Source of the DNA: Anaerolineales bacterium
GTDB taxonomy: Bacteria; Chloroflexota; Anaerolineae; Anaerolineales; Villigracilaceae
Direction of reading: 5' to 3'
Length of the DNA: 64,000 bases
Assembly (NCBI GenBank): GCA_050014055.1
Contig: JBEKEB010000001.1
Span: forward strand, 2,483-66,482
The notes under the pieces are model-generated. The model searched no databases. It was not told where the DNA came from and saw nothing but the letters and a program-made list of their open reading frames with translations. Shown piece by piece: positions 37,887 through 46,346 of the stretch (position 1 is the first letter of the stretch; each line of letters begins with the position of its first letter). A program made the translations under genes and the position numbers.

Positions 37887-39410
37887 ATGGCGATAGTTCT
37901 GGATGGGTCTTCCCTGAGCATTGAGAAATTGGTTGCGATCGCTCGCTTTGGCGAAAAAGTGGAATTGGCCCCCGCAGCCCTGGAACGCATCAAGGTCTGC
38001 CGGTCCATGCTGGAGGAAAAGCTGGCGGCAGGCGAAACCATGTATGGAGTGAATACCGGCATTGGGGAATTCTCCGAGAAAAAACTAAGCGACGAGCAGG
38101 TGAAGGAATTCCAGAAATACCTGATCTACAACCATGCCGCCGGCATCGGCGATCCCGCGCCGGTGGAACACGTGCGGGCGGCGCTGGCAGGACGCATCAA
38201 TGTGCATGCACACGGCAATTCGGGCTGCCGGCCCGAGATTACGCTGACGTTTGTCGAGATGCTGAACAAGGGTGTCACGCCGGTGGTATGCCAGAAGGGC
38301 TCAGTCGGAGCCTCGGGCGACCTGGCGCCGATGGCTCAGGCAGCCCTGCTGTTGATGGGAGAAGGGGAAGCCTATTACCAGGGCGAACGGCTGCCCGGTG
38401 GTGAAGCGATGCGGCGGGCGGGCATCCCGGTGCCTGGCTTGATGGCACGCGATGGCCTGGCTGCCATCAATGGCTCCAATCTGCTGACGGCCATTTCGGC
38501 CATTCAAATTTATGATATGGAACGGTTTCTTAAACAGGCCGAGATCGCCGCGGCCATGTCGATCGAAGCCCTGCTCGGCAATCTCAAGCCCTACCATTCC
38601 AGGCTGCACGAATTGCGCGGTTTCAAGGGTGCGGTGACAAGCGCCGGAAATATACGTAAGATGGTGGAAGGTTCGGACCTGGCTACCGGTAAAATGAAAA
38701 CCAAGGTACAGGATGCCTATTCGATGCGTTCCACGCCCCAGGTGATCGGGGCGGCCCGGGATGCCATCGCCTATGCGCGCTCGCAGGTGGAGATCGAGTT
38801 GAATGGCGTGGGGGATAACCCGATCTTTGTGCCCGAACTCAAGTTGACTCTGACCGGCGCTAATTTCCAGGGTTCACCGGTGTCCCTCCCGATGGACATG
38901 GCCGGCATAGCCATCACGATGGTGTGCGTCCTGGCGGAACGGCGACTGAACCGCTTGACCAATCCGGCGCTTTCGCAGGGTCTGCCGGATTTCCTGGCGC
39001 ACGAACCGGGCTTCTATTCCGGCCTGATGTTGTCGCAATACACTGCCGACCACCTGATCGTCGAGCAGCGCATCCTGAGCACGCCGGCCAGCGTTCAATC
39101 CATCCCGGCCGCCGCGGACCAGGAGGACTTCGTCTCTATGGGTATGAATACTGCCATCAAGAACGGGCAGATCCTGGATAACGCCTTTGGAGTGCTGGGC
39201 ATCGAGCTCATGGCAGCCGCACAGGCGCTGGACTTCCGCACTTTCATGCCCGGCAAAGGGACGCAGAAGGCCCGTGAGATCATCCGCAAGCACGTGGCCC
39301 ACCTGGAGGTGGACCGTCCGCTCTATTCCGACCACAACGCCATGAAAGCATTGGTTAAATCCGGGGAGATTTTGGAAGCGGTCGAAGCTGCAATCGGGAG
39401 TCTGGGATGA
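37887..39410 (+). CDS. Histidine ammonia-lyase family enzyme (MIO-dependent aromatic amino-acid ammonia-lyase)
   Basis: GSVGASGDLAPMA (the Ala-Ser-Gly MIO triad) and YGVNTGIG; 507 aa. Confidence 0.8.
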   Translation: MAIVLDGSSLSIEKLVAIARFGEKVELAPAALERIKVCRSMLEEKLAAGETMYGVNTGIGEFSEKKLSDEQVKEFQKYLIYNHAAGIGDPAPVEHVRAALAGRINVHAHGNSGCRPEITLTFVEMLNKGVTPVVCQKGSVGASGDLAPMAQAALLLMGEGEAYYQGERLPGGEAMRRAGIPVPGLMARDGLAAINGSNLLTAISAIQIYDMERFLKQAEIAAAMSIEALLGNLKPYHSRLHELRGFKGAVTSAGNIRKMVEGSDLATGKMKTKVQDAYSMRSTPQVIGAARDAIAYARSQVEIELNGVGDNPIFVPELKLTLTGANFQGSPVSLPMDMAGIAITMVCVLAERRLNRLTNPALSQGLPDFLAHEPGFYSGLMLSQYTADHLIVEQRILSTPASVQSIPAAADQEDFVSMGMNTAIKNGQILDNAFGVLGIELMAAAQALDFRTFMPGKGTQKAREIIRKHVAHLEVDRPLYSDHNAMKALVKSGEILEAVEAAIGSLG

Positions 39411-40183
39411 TCCTTTCCCAAATAAATTTCTATTCGGATTTGCTGGCGACGCGCTGCACGGTCAACGTTTTGCTGCCGCAGCGCCGGCCCGCTAATCCGC
39501 AGGATGCTTATCACCCGCCCTTCCGGGTGCTGTATCTGTTGCACGGGTATTCCGATGACCAGACCGCCTGGCAGCGCTGGTCTTCCATTGAGCGCTATGC
39601 CGAAGGCCTCAACCTGGCGGTTCTGATGCCGGCCGCCCAAAACAGTTTCTATACGGATATGGCCCACGGCGGGAAATTTTTCACCTTCCTGACCGATGAG
39701 CTGCCGGCCGTTGCCCACGACCTTTTCCCGCTCACAAGCGAACGCACCGACACCTTCGTGGCCGGCTTATCGATGGGAGGGTACGGCGCCTTCAAGCTGG
39801 CGCTCAGCCGGCCGGACCTCTTTGCGGCCGCCGCCAGTCTCTCCGGCGCAGTGGATATCGCCAAAGTGGTTAAGCCAAACGATGATCCCGAAAATGATGC
39901 CTGGCTGGTGACGATGCGGAATATATTCGGGGACCTGGAAAAAGTGGAAAATGGCCCGAACGACCTGTTTGCGCTGGCTCGCAAGGTTTCCCAATCCGGG
40001 CTCAAACCCCGCCTTTTCCAATACTGCGGAACGGAAGATTTCCTCTATCAGGACAACCTGCACCTGCGCGATTTTATTCGCCCGCTGGGCTTCGACTATA
40101 CTTATGAAGAGACACCCGGCGACCATTCCTGGGTCTATTGGGACAGGATGATCCAGAAGGTATTGGCCTGGCTGGGGCAGTAA
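39407..40183 (+). CDS. Esterase-D / tributyrin-esterase-like alpha/beta hydrolase
   Basis: YLLHGYSDD and the GLSMGGYGA nucleophile elbow. ATGA overlap with the upstream gene. Confidence 0.75.
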   Translation: MILSQINFYSDLLATRCTVNVLLPQRRPANPQDAYHPPFRVLYLLHGYSDDQTAWQRWSSIERYAEGLNLAVLMPAAQNSFYTDMAHGGKFFTFLTDELPAVAHDLFPLTSERTDTFVAGLSMGGYGAFKLALSRPDLFAAAASLSGAVDIAKVVKPNDDPENDAWLVTMRNIFGDLEKVENGPNDLFALARKVSQSGLKPRLFQYCGTEDFLYQDNLHLRDFIRPLGFDYTYEETPGDHSWVYWDRMIQKVLAWLGQ

Positions 40184-41736
40184 TGAAGAAACTCAGTTTT
40201 CTAACCAAAACTTCATTGTTGCTGTTCTTTTTATTCGGCATTGATAAGGCCCTGGCTTTTCTGCGCCAGGTCATCGTGTCGCGACAATTTCAATTATCGG
40301 CGCCATATGATGCCTTCAATTCGGCCAACAGCTTGCCGAACCTGCTGTATGCACTGATTTCGGGCGGTACGCTCGCAATGGCCCTGATTCCCGTATTGAG
40401 CGAAACCCTTAATACGAACGGCCGGCGGGATCTCTGGAATGTCTTCTCGCGCGTCGCCAATATTTTCTTCCTGACCGCGGCCTCTGTGGCCGCCCTGATC
40501 GCCGTTTACGCCCGGCCAATCGTGAGTAGCGAGATCGGCATCGTTCCAGGCTTCTCGGCTTCGCAGCAAGTATTGGTGACGCACCTGATGCAGTTAAATC
40601 TGATCGCCACCCTGATCTTCTCCATCAGCGGATTGGTGATGTCGGGCCTGCAGGCCAACCAGCATTTTCTTTTCCCGGCCCTGGCGCCGATATTCTACAA
40701 CGTTGGGCAGCTTTTTGGAGCGTTGGTGCTCTCTCCATCCAAACCTTATTCCTTCGGCCCCATCCATTTGCCGGCCTTCGGGCTGGGGGTTTACGGCCTG
40801 GTCTACGGCGTCATCATTGGAGCGGCGCTGCACCTGGCTATCCAGATACCCGGGTTGGTAAAATTCCAGTTCCACTGGACCCCCTCGGTCAGCCTGAAGG
40901 ATGAACGTGTTCGTCACGTGCTGAGGCTGGTGGGGCCGCGCTTGATCACGATGTTTTTTATCCAGGCCACATTTATAGCGCGTAATAACCTGGCTTCACG
41001 TTTACCGCAAGCACTGGCAGTAGGCGCCATATCGGCTCTGACGATTGGCTGGGATCTCATGCAGGTGCCGGAGACATTGATCGGAACAGCCATAGGGACG
41101 GCGCTCCTGCCGACCATCTCTGAGCAGGCCGCCGCCAAAGATTGGGAGGCATTCCGGGCGACCATCCAAAGAGCAGTGCGCGTGCTGGTGGCCGTCTGCT
41201 TGCCGGTGGCGGCCATCTTGGGTGTGGTCATCCACCCTCTGGTGCGGGCGGTCTTTGGACTTGACGAGGCCGGCACAACTCTGCTCACCTGGACAGTGCG
41301 GATCTATTTGCTGGCGCTGGCAGGAGAATCCGTGCTCGAAGTGGCAGCGCGCGCTTTCTACGCCCGCAAGGATGCCCTGCGACCGTTTGTGGCTTCTTTC
41401 ATCAATACTGTGTTCTTCATCGGCGGCGGGACTCTGATCCTGCTGCGCTGGCCGGAATGGGGCGCGCCCGGGATTGCATTGACCGAAATGGCCTTCACCA
41501 TCGAAGCGATCATCCTGCTGGTCTGGCTTAACCGTCTGCTCCCGGAGAAAGTCACTCTCGGCACTTCTCTGGTGCGCGGACTGGCAGGGGCGTTGGTCGG
41601 CGGGGGCGTGGCTTATGGCCTGGCGCTATGGTTGCCACTCTCGGGTACACTCTCAAGCCTGCTGGCGCTGCCGGTTGGTTTTGCGGCCTGCCTGCCTTTC
41701 ATCTGGCCGGAAGTAAAGTTGCTGATGAAGCTGTAA
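40183..41736 (+). CDS. murJ: Lipid II flippase MurJ (MviN)
   Basis: About 517-aa polytopic protein with a DAFNSANSLPNLLY...GG-type N-terminus. TAATG overlap with the esterase stop. Confidence 0.8.
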   Translation: MKKLSFLTKTSLLLFFLFGIDKALAFLRQVIVSRQFQLSAPYDAFNSANSLPNLLYALISGGTLAMALIPVLSETLNTNGRRDLWNVFSRVANIFFLTAASVAALIAVYARPIVSSEIGIVPGFSASQQVLVTHLMQLNLIATLIFSISGLVMSGLQANQHFLFPALAPIFYNVGQLFGALVLSPSKPYSFGPIHLPAFGLGVYGLVYGVIIGAALHLAIQIPGLVKFQFHWTPSVSLKDERVRHVLRLVGPRLITMFFIQATFIARNNLASRLPQALAVGAISALTIGWDLMQVPETLIGTAIGTALLPTISEQAAAKDWEAFRATIQRAVRVLVAVCLPVAAILGVVIHPLVRAVFGLDEAGTTLLTWTVRIYLLALAGESVLEVAARAFYARKDALRPFVASFINTVFFIGGGTLILLRWPEWGAPGIALTEMAFTIEAIILLVWLNRLLPEKVTLGTSLVRGLAGALVGGGVAYGLALWLPLSGTLSSLLALPVGFAACLPFIWPEVKLLMKL

Positions 41737-41790
41737 ACACACAGCAATAACCCGCCTGTCGCGCTGGAAAAGAAGTAATTACGAAGAATA

Positions 41791-43380
41791 CTAATTTAAT
41801 AGTGTTACTACCCCCTTTGTACCGTCTACGCGTATTCTTTGTCCATCCCTCAATACATTTGTCACGTTTTCAATAGCTACAACAGCCGGTATCCCATATT
41901 CCCTGGCGATGATCGCTGCATGGGAAATAGCGCTCCCTCTTTCAGTGACCACTGCAGACGCCACCCTGAAAAGAGGTGTCCATGCCGGTGAAGTATAGCT
42001 TGATACCAGTACATCTCCTTTTTTTAGCTTATTGAATTCAGCTGGGCTCCTCACGATGCATACGGGGCCTTCATATACGCCATTGCTTGCAGCACTCCCC
42101 CACATTGAATCCGAAGCATCCTTCCCATCTTCCCTCGTTTTTTTCTTTGTCTCGAATACCGGAAATGAACCGGTCGAAATCATCCAATGCACTCCTTTTT
42201 CATGGGCAGCATAAACCTTCGCAAAGGATTTCTTCCTTTTTTCTATTCTTTCTTTGATATCCAATTTCCCTTCCGCCACAGGGCCGAGTTCTTCCAGAAA
42301 TAGAAAGAATACATCGCCAGCTTCATTGATTACCGATTGATTAACGAGAAGACTTCCAAGCTTCATAGCCATTCTGCGCATGCAGGCAGTCAGCTTCTCC
42401 ATTAAAAACGAACTTTCTTCCCTGACGATTACTTCATTCCTGGCTCTTTCCAGGACTTTCTGGAATTGAAGATACGCGCCTGGTTTCAGCCTTTTCTCAA
42501 TTTGCTTTTTCGCGGCTTCATAATCGGCTTCCTGATTTTTGAAGCTTTCCTCTGAATTTAACAAGTTGGTATCTGAGAGCAATGTATCAACAAGTTCATG
42601 AATAATTTCAGGCTTTTCACGCCATGTAGGCATCCCCAGTAAGGGAGTCATGTTGAGAGAAGATCTGTCTCCGTATTCTTCTAAAAATCTTTCAAATTCT
42701 TCTTTAAAAACGGCGCTATCCTTTCCATTTACGACCGCCGCCTGCGCCATCTTTACGAGTGCCTTATTCTGCAGGGCGGTTCTGAAGGGTAAGGCTCTGA
42801 GAAGACTTTCCTTAATCCCGGTAGCATTTTCCTTTCCCACAGCTTTTTTAACCGAACGGCTTAATTTAATATCAGTGACCACACTGGGGATTATAAATAT
42901 TAAAAATCTTTCATAAAAAAGCGCACCGAACTCTTCCAGGGCTTGTTTAATAAGCTGCACGAATTTTTCCGCATCATTTGTATCCCTTACCGAGGCTTCC
43001 ATCCTCGTGAGCCACGCGTTCAATTCCTCAAAAAGAGGTTGCCATGAATCCTGGGCATCCTTAGAGTAATTATTAATAATGAATGCTGGAGCTTTCCATA
43101 TCATTGCAGGGGACAGCCGCGCCAGAGCGATGCTAATTGCTACACATCTGCTTTCTCTCTCCACAAGCTTGATCTGCTCTTTCGGCAGTTTTAGCCCTAA
43201 ATCATGCAAAATCATGTTGAAGGACCGATATGTTTGGGATATGATGGCAAAATCTAGCAGTGTCAACGGGTCGGGAAAACGTTCCATTGCCAGTTGCAGT
43301 CCAAAGGGAGGTTTTTTGCCTTGATAAATAATCCTATCCTCAGAACCCAGAATATTCAAATCTTCCGTACCGGATTTCAT
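41791..43380 (-). CDS. Central plus C-terminal (swivel phosphohistidine) fragment of the same PEP-utilising enzyme
   Basis: The C-terminal GDVLVSSYTSPAWTPLF...TERGSAISHAAIIAREYGIPAV is the PEP-utiliser mobile domain. Same frame as the upstream fragment. Confidence 0.75.
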   Translation of the reverse strand: MKSGTEDLNILGSEDRIIYQGKKPPFGLQLAMERFPDPLTLLDFAIISQTYRSFNMILHDLGLKLPKEQIKLVERESRCVAISIALARLSPAMIWKAPAFIINNYSKDAQDSWQPLFEELNAWLTRMEASVRDTNDAEKFVQLIKQALEEFGALFYERFLIFIIPSVVTDIKLSRSVKKAVGKENATGIKESLLRALPFRTALQNKALVKMAQAAVVNGKDSAVFKEEFERFLEEYGDRSSLNMTPLLGMPTWREKPEIIHELVDTLLSDTNLLNSEESFKNQEADYEAAKKQIEKRLKPGAYLQFQKVLERARNEVIVREESSFLMEKLTACMRRMAMKLGSLLVNQSVINEAGDVFFLFLEELGPVAEGKLDIKERIEKRKKSFAKVYAAHEKGVHWMISTGSFPVFETKKKTREDGKDASDSMWGSAASNGVYEGPVCIVRSPAEFNKLKKGDVLVSSYTSPAWTPLFRVASAVVTERGSAISHAAIIAREYGIPAVVAIENVTNVLRDGQRIRVDGTKGVVTLLN

Positions 43381-43407
43381 AGTAGTAATGGGCCGGCCCT
43401 GGAGCAG

Positions 43408-44337
43408 TTAAATTTTATCTTTTGAAAGCGCCCACTCTATATCCATCGGCCTGCCGTATTGTTTTTCCACTTGATTTGCCAGGTTCGTAAGCTGCACAAG
43501 TTCATCAACTCCAAGGCAGTATGATTTCCGCTCTGACTGAGGAACTTCTTCGGTAATTGTGCCTTTTTCCGTTAACCCTATCCTGAGCTCTTTGGAACCG
43601 AGAACTTTTTCCTTGATCCTGCCTTCCTTGGTCATAATAAAGGTATCCGGGTTTATCAGGCCGCTGACAACCACCTCTCCAAGGCCATACCCGGCACTTA
43701 TTAGTATTTCATCTCTGTTTCCATTTAGAGGATTTGCAGTAAACATGACCCCGGCAGACTCCGAAGCTATCATAGCTTGAACTACCACCGCAAGATCAAC
43801 TTTAAGGTGTTCAAAACCCATGCTCATTCTATAAGATATGGCTTGTGAGGACCATAGACTTGCCCAGCATTTTTTCACATTGAAAAGGACAGCCTCTTTT
43901 CCATAAATGCCCAGAAAAGTGTCGTGCTGTCCTGCAAAGGAAGCCGATGGCAAATCCTCTGCAGTAGCACTTGAACGCACTGCGACTGAAAAATTTTCAG
44001 CAAGCCCCATTTTTTCAGAAAGGTTCACATAAGCTATCTCTACTTGCTCCTGCACCTGGATGGGCATGGGAGCTTCCTCGATCCATGCAGAGATAACCTG
44101 GCTTGCCTCTGATATTGCAGGTATATCCTGCTCTTTAATATTTTCAAGCCTGCCTGCGATTCGCTCCTGGAGCCCTGACGCTTCAAGATGGGTACGATAT
44201 GCACCGGCTGTAACGACAAAGCCCGGCGGAACCGGAAGACCCGCATTAATCAACTCGCCAAGATTGGCAGCCTTGCCTCCTGCTTCTGGCAGTAAATCTT
44301 TATTCAATTCACTTAAGATTTTTATATAATTTATCAT
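43408..44337 (-). CDS. N-terminal (PEP/pyruvate-binding, ATP-grasp) fragment of a PEP-synthase / rifampicin-phosphotransferase-like enzyme, ending at a premature TAA
   Basis: GGKAANLGEL, PVPPGFVVT, VAVRSSATAEDLP and DIEWA blocks. The TAA at 43408-43410 is in frame with ORF 41791..43380. Confidence 0.75.
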   Translation of the reverse strand: MINYIKILSELNKDLLPEAGGKAANLGELINAGLPVPPGFVVTAGAYRTHLEASGLQERIAGRLENIKEQDIPAISEASQVISAWIEEAPMPIQVQEQVEIAYVNLSEKMGLAENFSVAVRSSATAEDLPSASFAGQHDTFLGIYGKEAVLFNVKKCWASLWSSQAISYRMSMGFEHLKVDLAVVVQAMIASESAGVMFTANPLNGNRDEILISAGYGLGEVVVSGLINPDTFIMTKEGRIKEKVLGSKELRIGLTEKGTITEEVPQSERKSYCLGVDELVQLTNLANQVEKQYGRPMDIEWALSKDKI

Positions 44338-44541
44338 GTTTGTCTTCTCTTATTATTTAAATTGTTCACATTTAATAAAAAATTTTCTACCAATAAGAGT
44401 ATAAGCTGCGATTGTGAAATGAGTGTGAATACACGCGGGAGAATCTATGGTAAATAGATAATATGCACAGCTTGAATTGAAATCGCGAGTCGTTTCTGGT
44501 AAGCTCCTATTAGACGAGTTTTAGAAAAGAAAGGAGCTCAT

Positions 44542-45705
44542 ATGAAACCAGAAACAACTCGCACCATTAATGATACACCACAACCTCAGTACCTTTACAT
44601 GGCAATCGAACTCAGCAACGAAAAGTGGAAGCTTGGGTTCAGCATCGGGTTTGGGCAGGCCCCGCGCCTGCGCGACCTGGATGCCCGGGATCTGGCAGGA
44701 TTGGTCAAGGAGATCCATATGGCCAAGGAGCGGTTTGGTCTGCCAGAGAGTGCACCAGTGCTCAGCTGTTATGAGGCTGGGCGGGATGGCTTTTGGCTGC
44801 ACCACTACTTGCAGACGCAGGGGGTCGCCAACCTGGTAGTGGATTCGGCCAGCATCGAAGTCAACCGTCGCAAACGACGGGCAAAGACGGACCGGATGGA
44901 TGTTGGGAAACTGCTGACCATGCTGATGCGCTACCATCATGGCGAGAAAAAGGTCTGGAGCATCGTGCATGTTCCCAGCCCGGAAGATGAAGACCAGCGG
45001 CAGTTGCATCGTGATCTGATGGCGCTCAAGGCCGAGCAGACCCATCATATCAACCGGATGAAAGGTTTGCTGGCCAGCCAGGGTGTGGCGCTGCCCTTCC
45101 AGAAGGATTTTCTCTCCCGCTTGGAGACGGTGCGGCTGTGGGACGGCTCACCCTTGCCCTCTGCCTTGCATGCCCGGATGAAGCGGGAGTACGAACGCTA
45201 CCGGCTGGTCAAGCAGCAGATCAACCAACTCGAGCTCGAGCGGGAGCAGGTGGTTTGCACTTCGACCGCCCCGGCCGTGGAGCAGGTGCGCCAGCTGTTG
45301 CGGCTGAAAGGGATCGGGATGAATTCGGCCTGGGTGTACGTGATGGAGTTCTTTTCCTGGCGCGGCTTTCACAACCGGCGAGAAGTGGGCTGCCTAGCTG
45401 GATTGACCCCCACCCCCTACCAGAGCGGTGAGAGCAACCGGGAACAGGGCATCAGCAAAGCCGGTAACCGCCGCATCCGTGCCATGGCGATCGAGATCGC
45501 CTGGGCCTGGCTGCGTTTCCAACCTGACAGCCAGCTCAGTCGCTGGTATCAAGAACGCTTTGCCCAGGGCGGCAGCCGGGCGCGCCGCATCGGCATCGTT
45601 GCACTGGCCCGCAGGCTGTTGGTCGACCTCTGGCAATACCTCGAGAAGGGTGCACTCCCGGAAGGCGCCTGTTTGAAATCCAGTGGCCTGTCCGACCCCG
45701 GCTGA
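44542..45705 (+). CDS. IS110-family (DEDD) transposase
   Basis: N-terminal DEDD_Tnp_IS110-like part and C-terminal Transposase_20-like LKGIGMNSAWVYVMEF...LTPTPYQSGES...GISKAGNRRIR. AAGGAG RBS. Confidence 0.9.
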   Translation: MKPETTRTINDTPQPQYLYMAIELSNEKWKLGFSIGFGQAPRLRDLDARDLAGLVKEIHMAKERFGLPESAPVLSCYEAGRDGFWLHHYLQTQGVANLVVDSASIEVNRRKRRAKTDRMDVGKLLTMLMRYHHGEKKVWSIVHVPSPEDEDQRQLHRDLMALKAEQTHHINRMKGLLASQGVALPFQKDFLSRLETVRLWDGSPLPSALHARMKREYERYRLVKQQINQLELEREQVVCTSTAPAVEQVRQLLRLKGIGMNSAWVYVMEFFSWRGFHNRREVGCLAGLTPTPYQSGESNREQGISKAGNRRIRAMAIEIAWAWLRFQPDSQLSRWYQERFAQGGSRARRIGIVALARRLLVDLWQYLEKGALPEGACLKSSGLSDPG

Positions 45706-45838
45706 ACCATTTCAGCTAGAGCGATTATGCTCCCTCCGGCCACCCTATCAAGGGATCGCTGCGTTCGGCTCCCTTCGGTCGCTGCCCTTGACAGGGGCCC
45801 GGCCTCCGGGAAATCGCTCTGCTTATGAAATGGTTCAG
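45702..45838. repeat. 137-nt long-hairpin element, copy A
   Basis: Outer stem ctgaaccatttca/tgaaatggttcag, second stem agagcgatt/aatcgctct, inner stem tcaaggg/cccttga. Confidence 0.8.
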
Positions 45839-46208
45839 CCTGAAAATGTCCACTCGCTGTCTCTCCCAAGATTGGATCTGAGACAGCTGGCGAGATCCCT
45901 GCCCCTGAAAGGACTACTTCCTCCCTGGTGTGAGCTGCCCGTTTTTACTCCGGGTTTTCCTCTGGAAACCGATAAATAGATGGGGCTGCTCCCCAAGAGC
46001 TTCTTTACTCGCCTCCAAGCGAAGACAATATTGGGTACCTGGTCATGGACCAGTACGGATAGAAGACACGTTTTGTCAAGAGGCCAATCCCCGACAAGGT
46101 ATATCAATCTAGCGGAGTCAAGCATCGTTTTTGACCCGAGTTGGACTGTGTCAGCAGGAAGTTTGCTTGGCGATCTTAGGGTTGAATAAAAGCTGAGGTG
46201 TTTCTCGA

Positions 46209-46346
46209 CTGAACCGCTTCTCGCAGAGCAATTCTCTTCCCTCCGGCCACCCCGTCAAGGGATCGCTTCGCTCGGCTCCCTATCGGTCGCCGCCCTTGAC
46301 TGGGCCCCGGCCTCCGGGAAGGCGCTCTGCTTATGAAGCGGTTCAG
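46209..46346. repeat. 138-nt long-hairpin element, copy B
   Basis: Collinear with copy A, with compensated stem changes (ctgaaccgcttc/gaagcggttcag). Confidence 0.8.

Larger units (their letters stand above)
44521..45838 (+). mobile_element. IS110-family insertion sequence, copy 1; ends not resolved
   Basis: Transposase gene plus adjoining structured 3' element. The left limit is guessed from the abrupt AT-rich to GC-rich switch near 44520-44545. Confidence 0.3.
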
